A stretch of DNA of 64,000 nucleotides. Source: Polaribacter sp. Its GTDB lineage: Bacteria; Bacteroidota; Bacteroidia; Flavobacteriales; Flavobacteriaceae. Within the stretch, counting starts at the first letter, position 1. Each line of letters starts with the position of its first letter. Under the pieces are notes generated by a model. The model made no database searches and was not told the origin of the DNA. It saw only the letters and a program-made list of their open reading frames with translations. The translations under genes and the position numbers were made by a program. Below, one piece after another: positions 9,348 through 19,301 of the stretch. The stretch spans positions 132,825 through 196,824 of the forward strand of contig NZ_JAHEHX010000002.1 in the NCBI RefSeq assembly GCF_024639685.1, in the 5' to 3' direction.

Positions 9348-12074
9348 TTAGTTTTTTACAAATTTTCTAGAAATAGCCTTATTATCTTGATTTAATTTTA
9401 CAATGTATAAACCTTTATCCAAGCTAGACACATCAATTGATTTTTGATCTAAAGCACCTTTTAATACTTCTTTACCTCTAATATCATAAATAGCAAATTT
9501 TGTTTCGTTAGATAGTTGAATATCATTAGAACCAAACTGCAATTTAAGTTGAGTTGGATTTGGATACATTGCTAAAGTAATTGTATCTATTGAATTATCA
9601 TCAACAGACAATGATTCATTAAGATCTGCTTGATAAATTCCATTCCCATGAGTACCCATTAATAAAATATTATCTGATGGCCTATATACCAAACCGCTAA
9701 CTACCGGAATTCCCATAGTACTTGCACCCTCTAAATTCCAATCTTGAATCGTTGGATCGTTTGAACTAAACAAACCTCTAGCTGTACCAACAAAGTATGT
9801 GACTTGCCCATCTACTAGAGCAATAGCACCTGCTCTTAAAGAAAACGCTTCTAAATTACGTTCAACTTCTGTCCAAGTTGGGGTTGCAGCTGTTGCATTA
9901 TTTGTAACAAAAACATTCCTAATATCATCTCCATAACTTGCATAAGTAACCATTACAATATCTGGATTTGTTGGGTGTACAGCAATATCAGAGGTGTATT
10001 GGCCATTATTAATTTGTGTAGCATCAATCTGAACTTCATTTGGTGTTATTTTTACTAGAGAAGTTAGGTCTGTTGCATTAATTGGATCTTTTAATCTGAA
10101 TACATTACCACCTCTACCACCAATAAACAAGTAACTATTTTCTGCATCATAAGAACCCCTTGTTGTCTCAAACGTCGTAATTCTTTCTGAAAAAGGAGTA
10201 TTTCCTACTAAAGACCACGTGCTACTTGTTACATTCTCTGCATTATCCGTTCTTAATAAGCTTCCATTACTTGCGTAATAGATAACATTTGGATTATCTG
10301 GATCCATATGAAAATAGGTAACAAACTGACTTGGGTAAGCTTCTCCTGCATCAGTAGTTGGGGTAATTGTTGCTGTTATAGAGTTTTCATCACCTCTATA
10401 CATTAGTCCATTTTGAGTTGTTACATAAGTAATATAGCCTGAAGCTAAAAAACCTGTTTTTGGAGTGACTGAAACTGCTGCTCCATCTCCTCCAAATAAA
10501 TCTGACATAGTAGAATTGTCAGGATTTCCTGCATCTATACCCCCAATTGTAGTTCCATTATCTTGTGCTCCTCCAATAACAAAATCATTCCCTTCTTCAT
10601 TTACCATATTTACGTGGTAATATTGATAGGTTAAGTAATCATTATTTAAATTTTGCCACTGCACAAAATTACTTGAAATATTTGTTGTTTTGTGAACACC
10701 TCCATCTGTGCCTGTAAAGAAAGTAGTACCATCTTCGCTCCAAACTAAAGAATGAATGTCTGGATGGTGTTCTACTTCTCCTTCTTTATAAATACCATAA
10801 CCATTTACACCTGCATACCCACCAATTCTTTTAAAAGTTGGGTCTGAGGTTATATTCTCTATCTTGTAAACATTAGTACCTCCAATTGTTACAAAATTTT
10901 CGTTATCTGGTTTTACAGAAATCACTAAATCGTATGCACCTTGAATAGAAAATGGATCATTACCATCGCTATCACCACCGTCTTCATCTGGTAGTTTGTC
11001 GCTATAATTTACCCAAGTAGATGTAGCAAAATTATATTGCCACAAGTCAGCTTCTGGAACCCTATTCCCTTCTTTATTACTTTGTCCGTTATTATAGAGC
11101 ATGTATAATATATCTTCATTTGATGGCGCTAAAGCCAATGTGATTCTATTTGATGGCCTAAAATCTGTAGAAGTAGGGTTTATTTGAAGCCAAGTTCCAT
11201 TTCCTGTAGCAGACGTATACACACCTCTATTAAAAGTACCTCCTCCATCTAAAGAAGCAAAAACTCTACCAGTACTTGCAATAACTACATCTGTCCACCC
11301 TCTATCTTCAGCTCCTAATTGTAACTCTATAACTGGACCTGACTCACCAAATCTATAAACTCTACCTGCAGTACCAACAAACAAATCTCCTGTTATAGGA
11401 TGTACTTCTAAATCTATAATAATATCAAAAAAACTGTCAAATGAATCAAAATTACTAGACGTAGTCTCCATTTGCTGCCATGTTAAACCACTATCAGTAG
11501 ATTTCCATATTCCGTTTCCTAAGTAACTCTCTTGTAAGCCAGCACTATTTCCTCTATACTCGCCTGTCCCATAATACCAAATATTCTGATGACCATCTCT
11601 TGGATCTTGAGCAATTGCTGTAACATTATGAATATCATTTAAACCAGAAACTTTTGTCCAAGAACTTCCGCCATCTACAGTCCTAAAAACTCCACTACTA
11701 ACACCACCTGCAATCATTGTGTTACCAGTTGCATCACTTAGATCAATTTTTACTGACCTTGTTCTACCTCCTAAATTAGAAGGTCCTCTACTTATAAAAT
11801 CATAAGTGGTAGCTCTTGCAAAAAAATTATTTTCCTTTTCTATAATAGCAGTTGCTAATTCTTTGTCTTTTTCTAATTGAGGAATTGTTCCTGTTGTTGG
11901 ATTTTTTTGCATATCAAAATCATGCAACCATCTAGCTTCTGTATCTTCAGCTTTCTCAGCTAAAGTCTTCTTCTTTTTTTTTGGTAAATTAGATTCATCA
12001 TTGTTTTGAACGTTACAAGATAAAACAAAGCCCATTGTAAACACAATAAGCATTACATTGTAGATTTTTTTCAT
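9348..12074 (-). CDS. Asp-box beta-propeller protein with lipoprotein-type signal and T9SS type A C-terminal domain, 908 aa
   Basis: MGFVLS-C lipobox; RTVDGGSSW and KSTDSGLTW Asp boxes; CTD MYPNPTQ...IYDIRGKEV...LDKGLYIVKL...RKFVKN. Confidence 0.85.
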   Translation of the reverse strand: MKKIYNVMLIVFTMGFVLSCNVQNNDESNLPKKKKKTLAEKAEDTEARWLHDFDMQKNPTTGTIPQLEKDKELATAIIEKENNFFARATTYDFISRGPSNLGGRTRSVKIDLSDATGNTMIAGGVSSGVFRTVDGGSSWTKVSGLNDIHNVTAIAQDPRDGHQNIWYYGTGEYRGNSAGLQESYLGNGIWKSTDSGLTWQQMETTSSNFDSFDSFFDIIIDLEVHPITGDLFVGTAGRVYRFGESGPVIELQLGAEDRGWTDVVIASTGRVFASLDGGGTFNRGVYTSATGNGTWLQINPTSTDFRPSNRITLALAPSNEDILYMLYNNGQSNKEGNRVPEADLWQYNFATSTWVNYSDKLPDEDGGDSDGNDPFSIQGAYDLVISVKPDNENFVTIGGTNVYKIENITSDPTFKRIGGYAGVNGYGIYKEGEVEHHPDIHSLVWSEDGTTFFTGTDGGVHKTTNISSNFVQWQNLNNDYLTYQYYHVNMVNEEGNDFVIGGAQDNGTTIGGIDAGNPDNSTMSDLFGGDGAAVSVTPKTGFLASGYITYVTTQNGLMYRGDENSITATITPTTDAGEAYPSQFVTYFHMDPDNPNVIYYASNGSLLRTDNAENVTSSTWSLVGNTPFSERITTFETTRGSYDAENSYLFIGGRGGNVFRLKDPINATDLTSLVKITPNEVQIDATQINNGQYTSDIAVHPTNPDIVMVTYASYGDDIRNVFVTNNATAATPTWTEVERNLEAFSLRAGAIALVDGQVTYFVGTARGLFSSNDPTIQDWNLEGASTMGIPVVSGLVYRPSDNILLMGTHGNGIYQADLNESLSVDDNSIDTITLAMYPNPTQLKLQFGSNDIQLSNETKFAIYDIRGKEVLKGALDQKSIDVSSLDKGLYIVKLNQDNKAISRKFVKN

Positions 12075-12083
12075 GTGTTTATT

Positions 12084-13418
12084 TTAAAATATATTTCCAA
12101 ATATTTTTCTTCGAAGTCTAATAGCATAACTATCAGACATCCTAGAAACGTAAGTACAAACTGCCATTATTCTATCGTATTGACTAACAGATTGACTAAC
12201 GTATTCTTGAGGCATTAAATTTACTAATAAGTTATCATAATTACTATTATTGTTTTCAAAATTATTATTGATAGCTGTTATAAAAACATCTAACAAATCG
12301 CCTATAATTCTATAACCTGCAACTTCCTTTTCTAACACCTCTTTGCTTTTGTAGATTTTATCGATACTTATTTTTATAATATCATTAATTTGTGCTTCAT
12401 ACTTACACTTATCTAACAAAGAATTTTTAAAATCACCATTTAAAATACCCTCTTCGTTCTTTAAAAAAATGGTTACAGCTTCATCAATTAACGCATTAAT
12501 TGCAATTGCTCTTAAATAGGCTGTTCTATCTTTGGTATGTTGCAAGGCATAATATTTATCTCTGTTGATGCCATGAATTAATTTAGACATGTATTCTAGG
12601 GCATAATCTTCATCAATTAACCCTAGATTGATACCATCTTCAAAATCAATAATCGTATAGCAAATATCATCTGCAGCCTCTACCAAATAAGCTAATGGAT
12701 GTCTGTAAAAAGAATTGGATTCTGCATTTTTAGGTTTCATTCCTAACTCTGTAACAACGTCTAAAAATGCCTCTTTATCAGATTGAAAGAATCCGTATTT
12801 TTTATCTACAATATGATTCGTCGGTTTTTTAGGTAAGCTTTCTTTTGGATATTTTAAGAATGCTCCTAAAGTTGCATAACACAAGCGTAAGCCTCCTGAA
12901 ATACCCTCTCTAGATTCTGTAAGAATTTTAAATCCGTTTGCATTACCTTCAAAATCTACTAAATCTTGATATTGTTTATCAGAAAGTTTTGCTTTGTATT
13001 GCAAACCTTTACCGGTTTTAAAATATTCGCCTATTGCTTTTTCTCCTGAATGACCAAAAGGTGGATTTCCAATATCATGAGTTACAGAAGCTGCTGCTAC
13101 AATTGCTCCAAAATCATTAAAAGTATAGCCTAATTCTACTAGATTTGGATGACGTTCTAACAACACCTTACCTACTCTTCTACCCAGAGTTCTACCTACT
13201 ACAGATACTTCTATACTGTGGGTTAATCTTGTGTGTACAAAATCGGTTTCTGATAATGGAATTACTTGTGTTTTGTCTTGTAAGCTTCTAAAAGCTGATG
13301 AAAATATGATTCTATCAAAATCTACTTCAAAGCCCAAACGTGTTTCGTCTTGTCCAATTCTTGGTCTTTTTTTAATATCACCGAAACGTTTTAGAGAAAG
13401 TAATTGTTCCCAGTTCAT
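12084..13418 (-). CDS. dgt: Deoxyguanosinetriphosphate triphosphohydrolase (HD family)
   Basis: RSLQDKTQV, HTRLTHS, HDIGNPPFGHSGE, EAADDICY. Confidence 0.95.
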   Translation of the reverse strand: MNWEQLLSLKRFGDIKKRPRIGQDETRLGFEVDFDRIIFSSAFRSLQDKTQVIPLSETDFVHTRLTHSIEVSVVGRTLGRRVGKVLLERHPNLVELGYTFNDFGAIVAAASVTHDIGNPPFGHSGEKAIGEYFKTGKGLQYKAKLSDKQYQDLVDFEGNANGFKILTESREGISGGLRLCYATLGAFLKYPKESLPKKPTNHIVDKKYGFFQSDKEAFLDVVTELGMKPKNAESNSFYRHPLAYLVEAADDICYTIIDFEDGINLGLIDEDYALEYMSKLIHGINRDKYYALQHTKDRTAYLRAIAINALIDEAVTIFLKNEEGILNGDFKNSLLDKCKYEAQINDIIKISIDKIYKSKEVLEKEVAGYRIIGDLLDVFITAINNNFENNNSNYDNLLVNLMPQEYVSQSVSQYDRIMAVCTYVSRMSDSYAIRLRRKIFGNIF

Positions 13419-13421
13419 AAT

Positions 13422-13466
13422 ATGCTGAATTTACTTGAGCTGAACTTGATTTAATAGTTCAGTATC
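13422..13466 (-). repeat. Degenerate, apparently nested REP-like palindrome in dgt 5' UTR
   Basis: Minus strand GATACTGAAC...AAGTTCAGC...AAATTCAGCAT resembles the element at 50435-50457. Confidence 0.45.
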
Positions 13467-13490
13467 TATTTTTAAGATTTTCGAAAATAC

Positions 13491-13520
13491 AAAAAGAGAG
13501 GCATTTCTACCTCTCTTTTT
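13491..13520 (-). terminator. Intrinsic terminator after nrdA
   Basis: AAAAAGAGAGG-catttcta-CCTCTCTTTTT. Confidence 0.85.
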
Positions 13521-13542
13521 ATCAAGTTTTAATTTATTTGGT

Positions 13543-15942
13543 TTAAGAACCACACATTAAGCAATCGTCATCTGGCCCTGCTCCTTTTGAGGCATCTACC
13601 ATTGCTTTGAATTCTGCTGGTGTCATTGGCTTTTCTTCTTCAATAACTTCTGCTTTCTTTTCTTTAGAAACTGTAAACTGAATTGCATTTACTGCAGATT
13701 TTGTTCTTAAATAATACATCCCTGTTTTTAAACCAGATTTCCAAGCATAGAAATGCATTGATGTTAATTTCCCATAATCTGGATCTTTTAGGAATAAGTT
13801 TAATGATTGAGACTGATCGATAAAATACCCTCTATGACGTGCCATATCAATAACATCTTTCATACTCATTTCCCAAACTGTTTTGTACAATTCACGTAAA
13901 TCAGCAGGAATTTCTTCAATGTGTTGAATAGAACCATTTGCACGCATAATGCTTTCTTTCATATCATTATCCCACAAACCTAATTCCACTAGGTCTTCTA
14001 ATAAGTGTTTGTTTACTACAATAAACTCACCAGACAACACTCTTCTTGTATAAATATTAGAAGTGTATGGCTCAAAAGCTTCATTATTTCCTAAAATTTG
14101 AGAAGTAGATGCTGTTGGCATTGGTGCTACTAACAACGAGTTTCTAACTCCATGCTTCATAACTTGTTTACGTAGTTTCGCCCAATCCCAATTACCGCTT
14201 AATTCATCATCATTTACACCCCACATGTTAAATTGGAATTCACCCTCAGACATTGGAGACCCTTTAAAAGTAGAATATGGTTCTTTTGCTTTTGCAATTT
14301 CCATAGATGAAGTTACAGCTGCAAAATACATCGTTTCAAAAATATCTTGATTTAGCTTTTTAGCTTCTTCACTTGTAAATGGCAAACGTAAATTAATGAA
14401 GGTATCTGCTAATCCTTGAATACCTAAACCTACTGGTCTATGTCTAAAGTTTGAGTTTTCTGCTTCTTTTACAGGATAAAAATTAGCATCGATAACTGTA
14501 TCTAAATTACGTGTTACCTTCTTAGTAACATCGAATAATTTTTTATGGTTAAAATACTTCTCCCCATTTTCTCTTTCAGAAACGAACATTGGTAACGCAA
14601 TAGAAGCCAAGTTACATACAGCAACTTCGTCTTTTGCAGTATACTCCATAATTTCTGTACATAAGTTTGATGAACGAATGGTACCTAAATTTTTCTGATT
14701 TGTTTTTCTGTTAACAGCATCTTTATACAACATATAAGGAGTTCCAGTCTCAATTTGAGATTCTAAAATCTTCTCCCATAATTCACGAGCTTTAATGGTT
14801 TTTCTTCCTTTACCTGCAGCTTCATAACTTGTATATAGGCGTTCAAATTCTTCTCCATACGTATCATATAAATGAGGACATTCGTGAGGGCACATTAATG
14901 TCCACTCACCATCTTCTTGTACACGTTTCATAAATAAATCTGAAATCCACATTGCATAGAATAAATCTCTTGCACGCATTTCTTCTTTACCATGATTTTT
15001 CTTTAAATCTAAAAAGTCGAAAATATCTGCATGCCAAGGCTCTAAATACATTGCAAAAGAACCTTTACGCTTACCTCCACCTTGGTCTACATAACGTGCT
15101 GTATCATTAAAAACACGTAACATTGGTACAATACCATTAGAAGTACCGTTTGTACCTGCAATATAAGAACCTGTAGCTCTAATATTGTGTAAAGACAAGC
15201 CTATACCTCCTGCAGATTGAGAAATCTTTGCAGTTTGCTTAAGTGTATCGTAAATACCTTCTATACTATCATCTTGCATTTGCAATAAGAAACAAGAAGA
15301 CATTTGAGGCTTTGGTGTACCTGAATTAAATAGAGTTGGAGTTGCATGCGTAAAATATTTTTTACTCATTAACTCATAAGTTGCAATAGCTTCATCAATA
15401 TCATTTTTATGAATACCAATAGAAACACGCATTAACATATGTTGTGGACGCTCTGCAATTTGACCATTCAACTTTAATAAATATGAACGTTCTAAAGTTT
15501 TAAAACCAAAATAATCGTAATTAAAATCTCTATTATAGATGATAGTAGAATCTAGCTTTTCTGCATTTGCTTTTATAATTTCGTAAATGTCATCTGCTAA
15601 CAGCGGCGCCTTTTTCCCTGTACGTGGATTTACATAGAAATATAAATCATCCATCGTTTCTGAGAATGATTTTTTTGTGTTTTTATGTAGGTTAGATACT
15701 GCTATTCTTGCTGCTAATTTTGCGTAATCTGGATGAGCAGTGGTCATAGTTGCCGCAGTTTCTGCAGCTAAATTATCTAACTCAGGCGTGGTAACACCAT
15801 CATACAAACCTTCAATAACGCGCATGGCTACTTTTACAGGATCAACAATTTTATTTAATCCATAACACATTTTCTTAACTCTAGCAGTGATCTTGTCGAA
15901 CATCACTGGCTCTTTTTTGCCATCTCTTTTTAGTACGTACAT
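13543..15942 (-). CDS. nrdA: Class Ia ribonucleotide reductase alpha subunit with N-terminal ATP cone
   Basis: VLKRDG ATP cone, [44 protein letters not shown]-terminal CLMC. Confidence 0.97.
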   Translation of the reverse strand: MYVLKRDGKKEPVMFDKITARVKKMCYGLNKIVDPVKVAMRVIEGLYDGVTTPELDNLAAETAATMTTAHPDYAKLAARIAVSNLHKNTKKSFSETMDDLYFYVNPRTGKKAPLLADDIYEIIKANAEKLDSTIIYNRDFNYDYFGFKTLERSYLLKLNGQIAERPQHMLMRVSIGIHKNDIDEAIATYELMSKKYFTHATPTLFNSGTPKPQMSSCFLLQMQDDSIEGIYDTLKQTAKISQSAGGIGLSLHNIRATGSYIAGTNGTSNGIVPMLRVFNDTARYVDQGGGKRKGSFAMYLEPWHADIFDFLDLKKNHGKEEMRARDLFYAMWISDLFMKRVQEDGEWTLMCPHECPHLYDTYGEEFERLYTSYEAAGKGRKTIKARELWEKILESQIETGTPYMLYKDAVNRKTNQKNLGTIRSSNLCTEIMEYTAKDEVAVCNLASIALPMFVSERENGEKYFNHKKLFDVTKKVTRNLDTVIDANFYPVKEAENSNFRHRPVGLGIQGLADTFINLRLPFTSEEAKKLNQDIFETMYFAAVTSSMEIAKAKEPYSTFKGSPMSEGEFQFNMWGVNDDELSGNWDWAKLRKQVMKHGVRNSLLVAPMPTASTSQILGNNEAFEPYTSNIYTRRVLSGEFIVVNKHLLEDLVELGLWDNDMKESIMRANGSIQHIEEIPADLRELYKTVWEMSMKDVIDMARHRGYFIDQSQSLNLFLKDPDYGKLTSMHFYAWKSGLKTGMYYLRTKSAVNAIQFTVSKEKKAEVIEEEKPMTPAEFKAMVDASKGAGPDDDCLMCGS

Positions 15943-16064
15943 TTGGTTTGTTTGTTTAGTTTATTGATTATTTATTGAGCCAACAAATCATCCACATTTG
16001 GGGGCTTTTATTTTACCCAATGAAGATTGGGTAACTATTATTTTAAAAATTATGCCTTTTGTAA

Positions 16065-17036
16065 TTAAAAGTCTGAATCGAAACTTATGCTTCCAGTTCC
16101 ACCAGATTTAACCCCAGCTTTTTGATATTCTGATACTCTTTTTTCGAAGAAGTTTGTTTTCCCTTCTAAAGAAATCATTTCCATAAAATCGAACGGATTT
16201 GTAACATCATATACTTTTTCACAACCAAATTCTAACAATAATCTATCTGTTACAAATTCTAAGTATTGTGTCATCAACTTTGAGTTCATACCAATTAAAC
16301 TTACTGGTAATGATTCTGTCACAAATTCTCTTTCAATATCTAAAGCATCAACAATGATTTCTTTAATTCTCTCTTTAGGCACTCTATTTACAATATGATT
16401 GTTATGTAAATGAACTGCAAAATCACAGTGCATACCTTCATCTCTAGAAATTAATTCGTTAGAAAAAGTCAAACCTGGCAACAGACCTCTTTTCTTTAAC
16501 CAGAAAATAGAACAGAAAGCTCCTGAAAAGAAAATACCTTCTACTGCTGCAAAAGCAATTAAACGCTCTGCAAAAGAATCAGATTCAATCCATTTTAAGG
16601 CCCAATCTGCTTTTTTCTTAATAGCAGGAAAAACTTCAATTGCTCTGAATAACCTATCTTTTTCAACTTCATCTTTAACATAAGTATCTATTAATAAAGA
16701 ATACGTTTCTGAATGAATGTTTTCCATCATAATTTGAAAACCGTAGAAAAATTTTGCTTCAGAGTATTGCACTTCATTTACAAAATTTTCCGCAAGATTT
16801 TCATTTACAATACCATCAGAGGCTGCAAAAAATGCCAAAATGTGTTTTATAAAATAACGCTCATCATCTGTTAACTTAGTAGTCCAATCTACTAAATCTG
16901 AGTGTAAATCAATTTCTTCTGCAGTCCAAAAACAAGCTTGTTGTTTTTTATACCATTCCCATAAATCATTATGCTGTATGGGGAAAATTACAAAGCGACT
17001 ATCATTTGGTTGAAGGATTGGTTCTTGTTTAGACAT
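16065..17036 (-). CDS. nrdB: Class Ia ribonucleotide reductase beta subunit
   Basis: [47 protein letters not shown]. Confidence 0.97.
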   Translation of the reverse strand: MSKQEPILQPNDSRFVIFPIQHNDLWEWYKKQQACFWTAEEIDLHSDLVDWTTKLTDDERYFIKHILAFFAASDGIVNENLAENFVNEVQYSEAKFFYGFQIMMENIHSETYSLLIDTYVKDEVEKDRLFRAIEVFPAIKKKADWALKWIESDSFAERLIAFAAVEGIFFSGAFCSIFWLKKRGLLPGLTFSNELISRDEGMHCDFAVHLHNNHIVNRVPKERIKEIIVDALDIEREFVTESLPVSLIGMNSKLMTQYLEFVTDRLLLEFGCEKVYDVTNPFDFMEMISLEGKTNFFEKRVSEYQKAGVKSGGTGSISFDSDF

Positions 17037-17396
17037 GGTTTTGTTTATTTTGAGCGTTATTGAATATTATTTAATCGTTAAGAACGACCTCTACAAATAT
17101 TGAAATTTTTGTTTCAAAATGAAAGACCTACTTATTCACAAATGCTATGAAGTTTTTAACAAAATGATAAAAAAATGGAAAATCAGGCTTTTTATATTTT
17201 ATTTTAATGTGTTGATTTTCAATGTCTTGTAAAGTTAAAATCTTCTTAAAGCCCAATCTCATTGACATTCTTAAATTCTTTTTTTAAAACTTTTTATTTT
17301 TTTTGTTTTAAAAAAAATAAGTGGTTCAAAAAATATAATGAAGGTTAAACAAAATGATTCATTAGTAAAAATTTAAAATGATAGCTTTTTAAGTAT

Positions 17397-17404
17397 TATA
17401 TTTG
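17397..17404 (+). promoter_or_regulatory. -7 box (TATATTTG) for cold-shock gene
   Basis: TAnnTTTG 30 nt upstream of GTG start. Confidence 0.55.
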
Positions 17405-17434
17405 TAGTATTATTAACATTTATTATATATCAAA

Positions 17435-17626
17435 GTGAAAAACGGAACAGTAAAATTCTTCAACGAGTCTAAGGGATTTGGATTTGTAATTGAAGACGGT
17501 TCAAAAACAGAGTATTTTGTGCACGTATCAGGATTAATTGACGAAATTAGAGAAGGTGATGCAGTAGAATTTGACCTGAAAGAAGGTAGAAAAGGTTTAA
17601 ACGCAGTAGACGTTAGAGTAATCTAA
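17435..17626 (+). CDS. Cold-shock protein (CSD)
   Basis: GTVKFFNESKGFGF (RNP1), FVHVS (RNP2); GTG start. Confidence 0.95.
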   Translation: MKNGTVKFFNESKGFGFVIEDGSKTEYFVHVSGLIDEIREGDAVEFDLKEGRKGLNAVDVRVI

Positions 17627-17658
17627 TTATATTATTTAGAATTTTTTTACATAACAAC

Positions 17659-17692
17659 AAGTCGCTTATTTTTTTTTAAGCGACTTTTTTTT
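17659..17692 (+). terminator. Intrinsic terminator after cold-shock gene
   Basis: AAGTCGCTTA-T7-TAAGCGACTT followed by T run. Confidence 0.85.
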
Positions 17693-17723
17693 AGCTTATT
17701 TTTGTAACGACAAATAAAATTTA

Positions 17724-18743
17724 ATGAAAAAAAGGTTTCCGAAATTTGTACAAATAGCTATTATTTCTTTGTACTTAATATTTTTAGCAGGCTCTATTGT
17801 TAGGATGACAGGTTCTGGAATGGGTTGTCCAGACTGGCCAAAATGCTTTGGGTACTACATACCACCTACTTCAGAAGAAGAAATTACATGGAAACCAAAC
17901 ACAACTTACAAAAAGGGTTTTATCATTATAAAAAATGAAGTTTTATTTGTTGCTGCAAAAGACCTTCAAACCACAAAAGAGTTTGATTTAAAAAACTGGA
18001 AAAAATATACCAAACATGATTACACCGTTTTTAACAAATACCACACTTGGACAGAGTATATTAATAGACTAGTATCTGTACTAGCAGGTTTTGTTTTTCT
18101 ATTTTTAGTCTACGGATCATTAAAGTACTGGAAAGAAAACAAAAAAATAACACTTCTTTCTTTTGGTGCATTCTTTTTAATGCTATTTGAGGCTTGGCTA
18201 GGAAAAACTGTTGTAGACACAAATTTAACCCCAGCAATTATCACTCTACATATGGTAGTTGGATTAGTCATCATTGCACTACTCTTAAATTTAAAATTCA
18301 TCATATCCTCTAAAAAAACATATCCTTACAACGCCCTATTTAACAAACTATTAATTATTTCTGTAGTATTTTCATTGATTCAAATTGCAATGGGAACTCA
18401 AGTACGACAATTTATAGATGAGCAGGTTAAGCTTTTTGGTTTTGAAAATAAAAATCATAGCTTAATGAACCCTAACTTAAAATTTTATTTACATAGGTCT
18501 TTTACGATCGCTATTGTTCTTGTAAACTTCAGCTTGTTATACCTTAACCAAATTAAAAAGCTTGGATACAAACTGATAAATTGGATTGTTTTTTTAATAT
18601 TTTTAGAAGCAATTACTGGTATTTTAATGTATTATGCAGAAATTCCGATTGGCACACAGGCTATACACTTAATGGCAGGAGCACTACTCTTTGGAATGCA
18701 ATTTTATTTATGGCTACAGAGCAGAAAATTTACTAAGGCATAA
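17724..18743 (+). CDS. ctaA: Heme A synthase (COX15/CtaA family)
   Basis: GSIVRMTGSGMGCPDWPKC, EYINR, multiple TM helices with conserved His; TATTTTTG box at 17697-17704. Confidence 0.92.
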   Translation: MKKRFPKFVQIAIISLYLIFLAGSIVRMTGSGMGCPDWPKCFGYYIPPTSEEEITWKPNTTYKKGFIIIKNEVLFVAAKDLQTTKEFDLKNWKKYTKHDYTVFNKYHTWTEYINRLVSVLAGFVFLFLVYGSLKYWKENKKITLLSFGAFFLMLFEAWLGKTVVDTNLTPAIITLHMVVGLVIIALLLNLKFIISSKKTYPYNALFNKLLIISVVFSLIQIAMGTQVRQFIDEQVKLFGFENKNHSLMNPNLKFYLHRSFTIAIVLVNFSLLYLNQIKKLGYKLINWIVFLIFLEAITGILMYYAEIPIGTQAIHLMAGALLFGMQFYLWLQSRKFTKA

Positions 18744-18797
18744 AGCTTGCTTCATTAAATTATAAGGCTAGTTCTAATAAGAAAATTAAACCTAAAG

Positions 18798-19217
18798 TTA
18801 CGGGTGTGCATTTACCCAAACTTCCCCGTCAGAAAAATACTCTTTTTTCCAAATAGGAACCTTTTCTTTTAAAGTGTCTATAGCAAATTCACAAGCTAAT
18901 ATAGCAGCTTTTCTGTGCTTAGAAGAAACTGCAATAATAACAGGAACCTCACTAACTTTTAACAAACCCTCTGCGTGATGAATCGCTATTTTATAGATGT
19001 CATATTTTACTAGAGCAGCATCTGCGATTTTTTGCATTTCTTTGATCGCCATTGGTTTATAGCTAGAAAAATCTAATTGCCTCACTTCTTTTCCTTGTGT
19101 ATCATTTCTAACTGTACCTACAAAAACTGAAATACCTCCACAAATAGGGTCTTCTACAAAACGATAACATTCTTGTAAATCCAATTGATTAGAAGTTAAT
19201 TCTACTGAAGTTCTCAT
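18798..19217 (-). CDS. moaE: Molybdopterin synthase catalytic subunit
   Basis: FVGTVR, HRKAA, LKEKVPIWKKE. Confidence 0.93.
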   Translation of the reverse strand: MRTSVELTSNQLDLQECYRFVEDPICGGISVFVGTVRNDTQGKEVRQLDFSSYKPMAIKEMQKIADAALVKYDIYKIAIHHAEGLLKVSEVPVIIAVSSKHRKAAILACEFAIDTLKEKVPIWKKEYFSDGEVWVNAHP

Positions 19218-19247
19218 AAATTTTATAAACTCATAGTGTTAGAAAAA

Positions 19248-19276
19248 CAAAAATACAAATTCGTAATGTATCTTTG
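19248..19276. promoter_or_regulatory. Back-to-back -7 boxes for moaE (minus, 19248-19255) and DUF3817 gene (plus, 19269-19276)
   Basis: TATTTTTG on minus and TATCTTTG on plus. Confidence 0.55.
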
Positions 19277-19301
19277 TTTTAAATTAAACATACTTAAAGA
19301 A

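Noticed and set aside
13543-17036. Possible intein or intron in nrdA/nrdB
   Set aside because: Lengths (799 and 323 aa) are ordinary and no splicing or homing-endonuclease motifs were seen.
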